From Puccinia triticina (Eukaryota), in the NCBI GenBank assembly GCA_026914245.1, contig CP110439.1, positions 7,812,001 to 7,876,000 of the forward strand: 64,000 bases of DNA. The letters run 5' to 3'. How positions within the stretch are numbered: the stretch's first letter is position 1; the number at the start of each line of letters is the position of its first letter. The position numbers were made by a program, and so were the translations under genes. Below the pieces are notes generated by a model. That model ran no database searches. It worked only from the letters and a program-made list of their open reading frames with translations, and had not been told where the DNA came from. Below, piece after piece: positions 12,485 through 22,600 of this stretch.

Positions 12485-15400
12485 ATGTCCAAATCTAAGG
12501 CACAAATTCCAGATCTCTCCAAAGTCGATTTTCCGACCTGGAAGCAAAAGATACTCAGATACTGCCAACAGCTCGGATTCAAGACTTACTTGACGACCTC
12601 CATTGCTCCCGCTGGTACCGATGCCGCTGGATTGGTTCAATTCAACCTTAACCGATCTAAGACGGCCGGTATTCTTCTATCTCACATGGGCATCAGTAAT
12701 TTCAGCCGATTCGTAACCGATGCCAACGAAGAAAACCCAGTGGAGCTCTGGAAGCTTCTTACCGACCACTATGAGGCGAAGACCGAAGGCAACCAGTCTA
12801 AGGTCTACAATGAATTTCTAGCTGCACCCTACAAACCCGATCTAGCTAATTACATTGACAGTGTTAATCAACACCTCAAGATAATGAGCTCAGCTGGAAT
12901 GAAATTTACTGGACCCAACATCGACATCAAAGAGACATACATTGCCGAGACGATTGTCCTCAAGCTACCTGACAAGTATTCGACAGCAAGAGACCTTTTA
13001 TATGCTCAACGACCCTTAACAATCGAAGGAGTTCTCAAGGCGCTCAACAACACACGTCAGAACGCCAAATTAACCTCGGTCACCATCAAGACCAAAGACA
13101 CCGCTATGGCCGCTTCATCCTCAAAGAAGAAAGGCAAGGCACGGCAAGAATTTTGCTCTGGAGGCAAGCACAACCCCAAGACGGACCACCCTGAAAAGGA
13201 GTGTTGGCAACTCACCAAGTCAACTTCTTCCAAGAACGCTCACACCGCTCAAGCGAATGACTCAGACAGCGAAGACTCTCAATCCACCAGAAACGGGCTT
13301 CGATGCACCATCAAAGCATTCGCCGCACTCAAATCACCGAACTTGTGCTACTTGGATAGCGGAGCTTTGCATCATATGTTCACAGACAAATCTCTCTTCA
13401 AGGATTACCGGCAAAAATCAAGCCGAGTCGAACTAGCCGATGGACACACGTTGGAAGTTCTAGGTAGCGGATTTGTCAATGTCGTCGCAAACAAAACGAT
13501 CATCCCACTGAAGTCACTGCACGTTCCCGGATTGAGCGCCACCCTCATCAGTCTCGGAAGATTGCTTGAACGCGGATGTGAATTGAAGAGAACTAGCTCG
13601 TCTTCCTTCGTCATAATTCGAGAAGGAGAAGTTATCTTCAAGACACTCATCGTCGGCGGTACATGCATGGTTCAGTTGAACGCAACTCGTGAAGGTCAGT
13701 CCCCTCCGACGATGGCTCTCGCTTCAACGGTCACTGACGTTGATCTACTTCACAGACGCGCCGGTCACTGCAGCAACGAGGCACTAAAGAGGATGTTTGG
13801 GATCTCAGTACCAAAAATCAAATGTGATTCATGTTCAATGTCAAAATCACATCGTCTTGTTTTTCCGTCTCATCTTCCTGAAGCTTCTCACCCACTTGAA
13901 TCGGTCTACATGGACCTGAGTGGGAAAATAACTCCATCTTCCTTCGGCGGCGGTTCCTATTACTTCAAAATCACCGATTGGTTTACTCGGTACCGCCATG
14001 TCTACATTATCTCTGCCAAATCCGATGCTTTTTCTAAGTTTGTGGAATACTACAACAACGTTACCACTTTCCATGATCGTCCAATCAAAAATGTGATATT
14101 CGATGGCGGCGGGGAATTCAATTCAAAGGAATTCATTCAGTTCTTGAAAGAGAAAGGTGTCACCATTCATGTAACGGCGCCGTACACTCCTCAGCAGAAT
14201 GCTGTCGCTGAAAGAGGAAACCGCACAACAAGTGAGAAGGCTCGAGCATTACTCAAGCAAGCGGGGCTTCCGGCAGAGTACTGGGGAGAAGCTGTTTCTA
14301 CAGCAGTTTTTCTTGAGAACATAACTCCTACTCGCAAGCTGAAGTGGAAGACGCCTTACGAACTCTGGTTTGACTCTCAATTTGACACATCAAGACTTCG
14401 CCCGTTTGGCTGCAAGGCGTACGTGAACATCCAGAAAAAGCTAAGACAAGGGAAGTTTGGCGACACCGCAAAACAAGGACTACTGGTCGGTTATCAGCTG
14501 GGAATGCATAACTGGCGCATTCTACTTCCGGGAGGGAAGGTTGAGCGCTGCCATGATGTCTCTTTTGACAAAGCAGACTTCCCAGGAGTCTCCCTTCTCT
14601 CTCCAGCTGATAATTCCGGTTTTATTGACCCTCCGGACCTCACTCAATTTGAAGAACTCGATGAATCTCCTCTAGTTGCTGAATCAAACGACCATCAGGA
14701 AGACACCCATTCGGAACCCAACTCCAACGACTTCGATCCCCAGGGTCTGGTCGAGCAGCAAGATCAAGTCAAGGATCAACAAGCCATGGTGGACGCGAAC
14801 CCCCAGTCTAATGAGAGGCAACCCAGACCAAAGCCCGGCTGGGACATCATCCTTGCGCCGGACAAAGCGCTGAATGATATCTCTTCCTCAATCGACACGT
14901 CAAACATCCTCCAGCATAAGCGAAGGGCCAACATGTGCATCTTGGATCGACTCGATGGCTTCATGCTGGATTACCTTGACCCAAGCTTTGATATTGGAGC
15001 GATGGCGTTTGTGTCCGTCGGTGTACCCCAAACGTACAATCAGGCGATGAACTCAGGGGAGTTCAAAGAGTGGAGAGCCGCGATTGATCTGGAACTCTCG
15101 GCAATGGCAGACCTAGGTGTATGGGAAATCGTCCGAATACCCGAAGACCACCAACTTCTTGGCACGATTTGGGTCTTTCGCAAAAAGCTCGACTCAGACG
15201 GCTCAGTTTGCAAGTTCAAAGCTCGCTTGTGTGCGCAAGGCTCACTTCAGGCAGTAGAAGACATCATGCATACTTATGCTCCGACGGGTCGCTTCTCTGC
15301 TCTTCGAACGGTTGTCACGGTTGGATTGTCCCGGGGTTATCAAATCCACCAAATGGATGTGAAGAACGCATTTCTGAATGGTGAACTCGAAGAGGAGGTC

Positions 15401-16561
15401 TATCTTAGAGCCCCGGCCGGATTGTCAGTTCCCCCTGGTCACTGTCTACGCCTGAAGAAAGCAATATACGGTCTTTGTCAAGCTCCTCGTGTTTGGTACT
15501 CGGCCCTGGCCAGCTTCTTCAATTCAATAAATTTTCACCCATCACCCGCTGACCCGTGCCTTTTCATTAGCAACTCGCCTTCTTGGGTGTGTTTTGTGCA
15601 CGTTTACGTGGATGACATGGTCATCGTCAGCCCGGATGTGCAAAGATTCAAGAAACTCATTTCTGCGCGCTTCAAGATGGACAACATCGGCGAACTCAAC
15701 CATCTCCTTGGAGTTAAAGTAGGAAGGATCGACGACAAGCAGTTGTACTTATCGCAAGAAGCTTACCTGGCAAAAATCCTAGCTGATCACAACATGCTCG
15801 ACGTCAGACCGGCCTCAACGCCAATGATTCCCAACACGCAGTTAACCCGCTCAACGGCCTTTGAACGCCAACAGTTTGAAAGGATCGGGGCCAACTATTG
15901 TCGTTCAGTTGGAATGCTCATGTATCTTGCGGTTTGCACTCAACCTGATATAGCATTCACTATCTCTCAACTCTCACAGCATCTCGAATCGCCAGGCATC
16001 ACGCACTGGCGTGCAATCATTCACCTCCTCCGGTATCTCTCAGGCACTCGAAGTCATGGAATACTTCTCGACGGGCGCTCTCAGTCCAATTCACTCAAAG
16101 TGTACTCTGACGCTGACTGGGCTAATGACGTGAAGGATCGCCACTCTTACTCTGGGTACATCGCAACATTCAAAGACTCCGTTATTTCCTGGCGCGCTCA
16201 CAAACAACCTGTGGTCGCGGTCTCGACTACAGAAGCGGAATACATCTCTCTCTTCGAGGCGGGTCAAGAAGCTAAATGGCTTATCACACTCCTAGACTCC
16301 CTCAAAGTTGAAATCACGGGCAAACTCTCACTACTCGTCGACAACCAATCAGCGATAGCCCTAGCCAACAATCCAATGTTTCAGCAAAGGACCAAGCACA
16401 TTCCCATCAAATACCACTGGATTCGCGAATTCATCGCGGAGGGACGCGCTGCAACAAGCTACTTTGGAACCAACGATCAACTTGCTGACTTCCTCACCAA
16501 AGCTCTCGCCAAGAAGAAACACGTTGACACTCTCATCAAGCTGAACATCAACAGGTTTTGA
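12485..16561 (+). CDS. Copia gag-pol polyprotein (gag, protease, integrase, RT, RNase H), 1358 aa
   Basis: LDSGA protease; H-H-C-C and D..DGGGEF..E integrase; MDVKNAFLNG and YVDD RT; YSDADWA..EAEY..TKHI RNase H; PR-IN-RT order. Confidence 0.97.
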   Translation: MSKSKAQIPDLSKVDFPTWKQKILRYCQQLGFKTYLTTSIAPAGTDAAGLVQFNLNRSKTAGILLSHMGISNFSRFVTDANEENPVELWKLLTDHYEAKTEGNQSKVYNEFLAAPYKPDLANYIDSVNQHLKIMSSAGMKFTGPNIDIKETYIAETIVLKLPDKYSTARDLLYAQRPLTIEGVLKALNNTRQNAKLTSVTIKTKDTAMAASSSKKKGKARQEFCSGGKHNPKTDHPEKECWQLTKSTSSKNAHTAQANDSDSEDSQSTRNGLRCTIKAFAALKSPNLCYLDSGALHHMFTDKSLFKDYRQKSSRVELADGHTLEVLGSGFVNVVANKTIIPLKSLHVPGLSATLISLGRLLERGCELKRTSSSSFVIIREGEVIFKTLIVGGTCMVQLNATREGQSPPTMALASTVTDVDLLHRRAGHCSNEALKRMFGISVPKIKCDSCSMSKSHRLVFPSHLPEASHPLESVYMDLSGKITPSSFGGGSYYFKITDWFTRYRHVYIISAKSDAFSKFVEYYNNVTTFHDRPIKNVIFDGGGEFNSKEFIQFLKEKGVTIHVTAPYTPQQNAVAERGNRTTSEKARALLKQAGLPAEYWGEAVSTAVFLENITPTRKLKWKTPYELWFDSQFDTSRLRPFGCKAYVNIQKKLRQGKFGDTAKQGLLVGYQLGMHNWRILLPGGKVERCHDVSFDKADFPGVSLLSPADNSGFIDPPDLTQFEELDESPLVAESNDHQEDTHSEPNSNDFDPQGLVEQQDQVKDQQAMVDANPQSNERQPRPKPGWDIILAPDKALNDISSSIDTSNILQHKRRANMCILDRLDGFMLDYLDPSFDIGAMAFVSVGVPQTYNQAMNSGEFKEWRAAIDLELSAMADLGVWEIVRIPEDHQLLGTIWVFRKKLDSDGSVCKFKARLCAQGSLQAVEDIMHTYAPTGRFSALRTVVTVGLSRGYQIHQMDVKNAFLNGELEEEVYLRAPAGLSVPPGHCLRLKKAIYGLCQAPRVWYSALASFFNSINFHPSPADPCLFISNSPSWVCFVHVYVDDMVIVSPDVQRFKKLISARFKMDNIGELNHLLGVKVGRIDDKQLYLSQEAYLAKILADHNMLDVRPASTPMIPNTQLTRSTAFERQQFERIGANYCRSVGMLMYLAVCTQPDIAFTISQLSQHLESPGITHWRAIIHLLRYLSGTRSHGILLDGRSQSNSLKVYSDADWANDVKDRHSYSGYIATFKDSVISWRAHKQPVVAVSTTEAEYISLFEAGQEAKWLITLLDSLKVEITGKLSLLVDNQSAIALANNPMFQQRTKHIPIKYHWIREFIAEGRAATSYFGTNDQLADFLTKALAKKKHVDTLIKLNINRF

Positions 16562-16572
16562 GCAAGGGAGGG

Positions 16573-16900
16573 TATTGAGATATCTCATTATTAGCATACT
16601 CTACAACCGGTTGTGTGATGATAAATATAGTTGAAACCTAAATGAAACCTAATTGAAGTTGTTAAATAGCCTACCTTGTACCGGTTCCTGTTTTCCTTTT
16701 CTTCATTCAGTTTTCATTTTCTGTCTCAACTCTCTCCGCACAATCAGGTGTGCTTCGGTGGTCTCGTCAACAGTCTCGTGTGTTATACTAACACCTCGCT
16801 GGTCTCCAAAGGTGTGCTTCGGTGGTCTCGTCAATAGTCTCGTGTGTTATAATAACACCTCGCTGGTCTCCAAAGACCCTCCGCGCCTACCTTTTCTATA
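16573..16900 (+). repeat. 3' LTR (328 bp, two 64-bp units)
   Basis: Follows PPT; ends TCTATA before TSD. Confidence 0.93.
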
Positions 16901-17115
16901 AGAGTTTGGGCGGTTCCAGTAAAACGTACCAACCACAAACGTATAATGTTCTCCATTTAAGGCCCCATTCTCCCAATAAAGAGGCCAGCCATCGTGAGAT
17001 ACTTGGACTAAAGAGTAGTTCAGTGGCCTAAAAAGAGTTATTTCTTGTCAACCCTCAAGTTACTTAGCTTTTTTACATTCAAATCAACCAGTTTTCAAGC
17101 CCAACCTTTTGCATC

Positions 17116-17815
17116 ATGCACTTTCCTTTTTTGCTCATCTTGCCATTGGTGAGTTACTTGATCTGACATGCATCTTGATGAACCCTGAATATTTCTTAAC
17201 TAACAATAAAGGCTTCCAAAATAGCTTGTTGGTCAATACAGCGCAGCTGAGTTGACAGCTACATGCCCAGCACATAAAATCTCGGATGAAGCAGTCATGG
17301 AGTCTTCTGTGGAGATCCCGTTATCTGATCTAGGATCATCCCATGAATTGGAACACACTGCAGAATTTGACCCTGTGAGTTGTGTTGATCATTTCCAGCC
17401 CACCAATCTCATGTCATTATCTTAACAATGTCAAATCTTCTGCATTTTGTTTTAGAGCCAAACTTTGCCACCCATGCATCATCAAATCATAGATATTCCT
17501 AGTCAAGAACCAGTGGGAAAATGTACTGATCAAAACACAATTGGGAAAGTGGGTGAAACTGTCATTGAAGATTCAAATAAATCAGAAAAGAAGAACCCAG
17601 CAGGAATTTCCACAGACCAAAAGTCTCTGAGCTTGAAAGAAGGTGAACAAATTCTTGCACAGGACAAAGGAAAAGAAGTTATGGACCCAGAACAACCACC
17701 TAAATTTGACTGTAACTCTTATATGCTAGAAGTCATGCCTTTTTTAATAGTCTTTGGTCTACCCCTTGTTGGATTGATGTTTTATTTGATTCACTTAATC
17801 ACACACAAATTCTAA
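17116..17815 (+). pseudogene. Small 3-exon gene relic: signal-peptide-like start, C-terminal TM helix
   Basis: MHFPFLLILPL then GTGAGT; 3' part of exon 2 splices in frame to ORF ending VMPFLIVFGLPLVGLMFYLIHLI; the 5' part of exon 2 hits a stop in the frames I read. Confidence 0.4.
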
Positions 17816-18533
17816 GTGTGAATTATGAGTATCCTAGTTCTTCATATCTACTGGGCGGAAAATTTCCTTGATGAAATCTTTACCACTTGAAGATTCTCAC
17901 TTCTATTATCTCTTGCTTCAAATACTGCTACATTAGTTGGAAGCATAGAACTAAATATATCTAAGATTGGCTCTAATTTATCCTTTGATTTTTTTCTCTA
18001 TTCTTGTCCCAGTATATTGAATTTTTTGCTGCTTTTGCATACACTGGACCTAAAAAAAGGGAAATGTATACACATTGTCATGTTAGGTACAAAGGTGCCC
18101 CTTTGTACATAACAAGGCAGTTTTTATGAGCTGTAGTGCCAGCTCCTCAGCACAGGCTCTCATGTACATAGCTAGCAATTACATATGGAAATAGTTCACT
18201 ACAAAAAGATGTGGTTTTTGGAGTGAACTATTTTCACTCCAGGAAATATTGGAGAGCACTTCTGTGCAATCCAAAAAACCTTGGAGTGCACCCTGCCTCA
18301 CTCCAAAAACCCTTGGAGTGCACCCTGCCTCACTCCAAAAACCCTTGGAGTGCATCTTGCTGCCTTGATGGCTGGTGCAGACCAGAAATCAAGGCCAGCA
18401 CATAAATACATATATAAAAAGACCAGTCATTGGGAGGAAACAGCCTCAATTACAAGTTGGTGCCAATCATTGAGTGGATTGTGAGCCGGCATCTCTTATG
18501 TGATGTGCAGACACAAATAAAATAGGGGGAATA

Positions 18534-18996
18534 TGTTGTAATTTCAAGGATAAAGGTAATTACAACTAATGGATGACAAAGAGGAGTCCTGAGCAGCACA
18601 AAGGCCGTGAGTGAGGGAACACGCCAAAAGCACGGGAAAAGGTGGGAAGCACACCTAAACCGGAGTGAGTGAAGGTGTGAGAATGAGTTGATGTATTGGT
18701 AACAATGGGAGAAGATGAATGGAAAAGAACTATACAAACCTGAGCAGCACAGAGGCTGTGAGTGAGGGAACACACCAAAAGCACAGGAAAAGGTGTGAAG
18801 CACACCTGACAAAGAGAAAACAAGGATGTGAGACCAAGGGAGAAGCATGGATGAGAGTGGTGAGCATACCTAAAACCGAGTGAGTGAAGGTGTGAGAATG
18901 AGTTGATGTATTGGTAACAATAAGAAAGATGAATGGGAAAACAACTGGGGAACAATGGTTGAAGTACTAAATCTAATAGGGTTACCCGTCTCATCA
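18534..18996. repeat. Probable solo LTR built of abutting intron-like modules (modules on - strand)
   Basis: TGTTG..CATCA ends, purine tract upstream, duplicated 66-bp and ~85-bp units; element orientation uncertain. Confidence 0.5.
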
Positions 18997-19665
18997 ACTG
19001 GGTTCAAACCTAATCGTTCTCAGTCTGCAGCAGGGCGCATGAGAGTATGCCCGGCCTATTCCTAAATAACAATGTGGAGAGGAGGAGTAAGATGAAGTTT
19101 AAGATTTTATTAAGCTTTTAGGCTTCCTTTGAGCGCTTTCAACTTAAAGTTGAGTGTGAATAAGCTAGGAAAAGTCACTAGCCTCTTATTCAAAAGAAAC
19201 TGAAGGAGGTCTGATTCAGCGTGAGCTGTAATCAGCCCTAGTTTTTTAGGCTAAAGGAAACTAGCCAAGACTTTTTACTGGGAAACCTATGTGGTTTGCA
19301 AGTTATACCACCAAGCATATTAATTAATTGATTCATTTCAAGTTTTTGTTTATTTATGGTATGGTGATCCAGGCGCGTTGTGCAGATGACAAGGAAGAGC
19401 AACAGGAAGGGGAAGAAGGGTAAGAAGAGGGAATTAATTCATATTCATGACTTCAAAAGAAGATTAAAGAAACATTCTAAGGGCTGGTTTGGCCACCCGG
19501 GGGCTAAAATCTCAATCTTGCAAGATCAGAATTGTTGTAGCCCAGAAGGCTACGCACTCCAAGACTTGCTGCAGTCGCGGTATCTTCTGCATCCCGGAAT
19601 TGTGTTTGGGCAGGAGAGAGGGTGAATCAATCCATATTTGTCACTAGAGTTCCTGAGTCACATCA

Positions 19666-22600
19666 GGTTATGAGCCCCCAACGCTTATAAATTCCAACCA
19701 ATCCTCTGAATATCCACATTTTCACCTCTCCACACTCATCGCGCGGCCGCCAAACTTAATACGTTTGCTTATTTGATCTGTTAATCAATTTTTGTCAGGT
19801 CGCATATATCCCCTTTTCATTGTGTTTTCACATCTCTCTTTGGATTGACTTCGTTTGGAAAATCCAGTCAGGACTTGCCAGAGGTATCAAAAGCTTGATT
19901 TTGAAGATTTTCAGTAGCTAGGAAGACTAGCCATCTCTCCAAATCCCAGACTGTGGCCCGGTCTCAACTGCTGCTGAATTTTAGAGAAAGAGAGCTCTAG
20001 GTACTTCTACGTCCTGGGCATCAACCAGCCCGCCGACCGACTTCACACCTACTTCTTGGACCAATCTTTTCTTTTTTCTATCTACCTGAATATAAATAAT
20101 CTTATATATCCCTACGTTCAAAAACCCTCATCCATCTTAAGTTTGTGTTTTCCCTTCACCTTTTCCTATTCTCTTCCGCATACATATCACCAGACAACCC
20201 AAAACCTTTTCTTTTTGTCCTCTCTGACCTCATTTTTTTTCCCCTTCCTTTCCTCTTTCCCCACTTCGACCTTTTCCATTCCATGACCCCAACACCAAAC
20301 CCTGCCTCGACCTCAAAATTGGTTGGTTCCTCAAATTGGCACATTGATAACATCTCTCACCGCACCCGCCTAGCTGAAGATATTGCATTGCTACAGGCAA
20401 ATTTTGAGAAACTCCCTCCCAGCCCTGAAACAACCACTGGCCTGGACAGACACAAGAACAAAGGTCCGATGTCCAAAAAGAAGGAAGCAGCTCCGGTTGA
20501 AGGCCGCGTTCCACCTTGAGGTTTTGCCCCACATCTGGACCCTCAACTTCCTTTAAACACAATGGTTGCCCCAAGTAGCCAGACTGACACTTTTCATCCT
20601 TGACTGGCAGAGCAGGTGAACCAAATAGGGTCGGACAAGCGTTTGGCAAAGGAGATCCGGGACTTTGAAGAGGCCAAGTTCCACCTCAAACAGAGCAAAC
20701 TCGTTGGAAACACCATTCAGGTGGCAAATTCTCAGTTCAGACCTGAGAACGTCCTCAAAGCAGATGGGTCAAACTTTGGCAATTGGTATTGCAACTTGGC
20801 TGAAGTGGCTTGTCCAAACCTGAAAGGACCCCGTTTTTTCTCTGAAGAATGTTGCAATTTGACATACAAGAAGATAGGACAAGCAGTTCTTATTGCCAGC
20901 ATTGATCCATCTTTGGTGGCCAAGATGCAAGCACTACCACCAGGGGAGATATGTTCCCACTCCCCAGGGAGTGCCAGAGCTGAATTTTACGTGAGTTTTG
21001 GTTGGTTGTGGGCCTGATGTGGATTAGTAACTCATCACCAAATGAATTGTAAAGTGGATGTAGAACTGATTCAGAAGTCAGTCAGAATTGATTTGGGACT
21101 CAACACAATGTTGTGTGGAATTCTCTTGTTTTCTAGGTAGAACTGGAGGAAAAAATATGATGAAATGATATTTTACCCAAATCCAACTCATCAATTGCTC
21201 CTGTTTGCTGATGTTGAAGGATAGAAAAGCAAAATTGACAGTCTAAAATGTAATTCCTCTGAAAAAATGGGTTTCTTGTAATTCATATCATATGCCCTGA
21301 TGTACAAAATTAAAGTAAAATTCAACTTGGTATTATTGGGTTTATAATTTTGGAATGTGGTTATAATGTTGCAGTAAAAGTAGTGAAACCCATTTTCCTG
21401 GAAATGCGGGAATTGATTTGAATTTGGCTAAAAAAATGGTGAAAAACTTTTTCAATAGGGTGAAACTCTGATTTAAGTCAAGGTTGGACTGCAGTGCCAC
21501 TCCAGTTTGACCAGATATCCTTGCCTCCTCACAAAAATGATCTGGTGAATTTTGCTTTTTTTGCTTTTCAAAATTCACATGTGCACATGCAAGTGAAATT
21601 TTTTGCACTTTGCCAATAGTCACCCTGATGTACGCGCGTAAATTGATGTGGAAATATCACAGGATGGGCTTTTCATGGCCACATCAAAATTAAAAGCTTT
21701 GCGTTGAGACACCAATTGTCCCCCTGATGTAAGCGAGTACATGAGGGGGACAATATCAGAGGCTGGGCCTCTCACATCTCCACAAAAAGGACACACTGGT
21801 CACAGAGCCAAGAAAGGCCTATATTCTGGATGAGTTCTGGATGAATTCTAGATGAGTTCTGGATGATTTCTTGGCAAGTTATGGTTTATTTCAGGATGAT
21901 TTCCAGCTGATTTCCACAGCTGAATTCCAGTCTTTTTCATACCTATCCAATTTTTATTTACCAAAGGCCTCCAGCACAGTTATGAAAAAAAGTTATGGTA
22001 GGGCACTCCCTGGGGAGTGGGAACATATCTCCCCTGGTGTACCCACCTGTTTCGCCATGTACACAGCTCTTGTCGCCAAGTTCAAAACATATTTGAGGGC
22101 GGCCCAGATGATTTTTTTTTTACAAATTCAGGAACTTCAGATTGGATCCGGACGGCCACAATGCCGGAGTGGCATCAGTTCTGTGGGATCTTCACGCGGA
22201 GTGGATGGCGGTTAATTTTGTGTTTGGTATTGATGCTTATCCTGGTTTTGTCTTACAAGAAGCGGTAATGGACTCAGGAGAAGCTTACAAAACAGCTTTT
22301 GAGCTGCAAGTTGAACAGCTAGTTCAGGACAACAAGAAGGGAAGATGCCCGACTTTTGAGGCTATCATGACAGCCCTCAATATCTGCAAGGATCAGCATA
22401 AACATGCGGTTGATGCAGCGGCAAATGCAAGCTCCAGTTTCACTTCCCCCAACCCACCAACAGCCCTGAAGACCTTGGCAGTCGACACAGACCACTTCAA
22501 CGTTTCGGCTTTTCTTGCTGATGTGGATGCGCTTGATTTCTATGCGCTGACTGCGCACAAGTGCTGGCAGTGCGGAGGCAAGAATCACTACACCAAGAAC

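Larger units (their letters stand above)
11931..16900 (+). mobile_element. Full-length Ty1/Copia LTR retrotransposon
   Basis: 5' LTR 11931-12420, 3' LTR 16573-16900, TSD AGAGT (11926-11930, 16901-16905), PBS at 12421, PPT AGCAAGGGAGGG 16561-16572, single gag-pol ORF. Confidence 0.97.
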
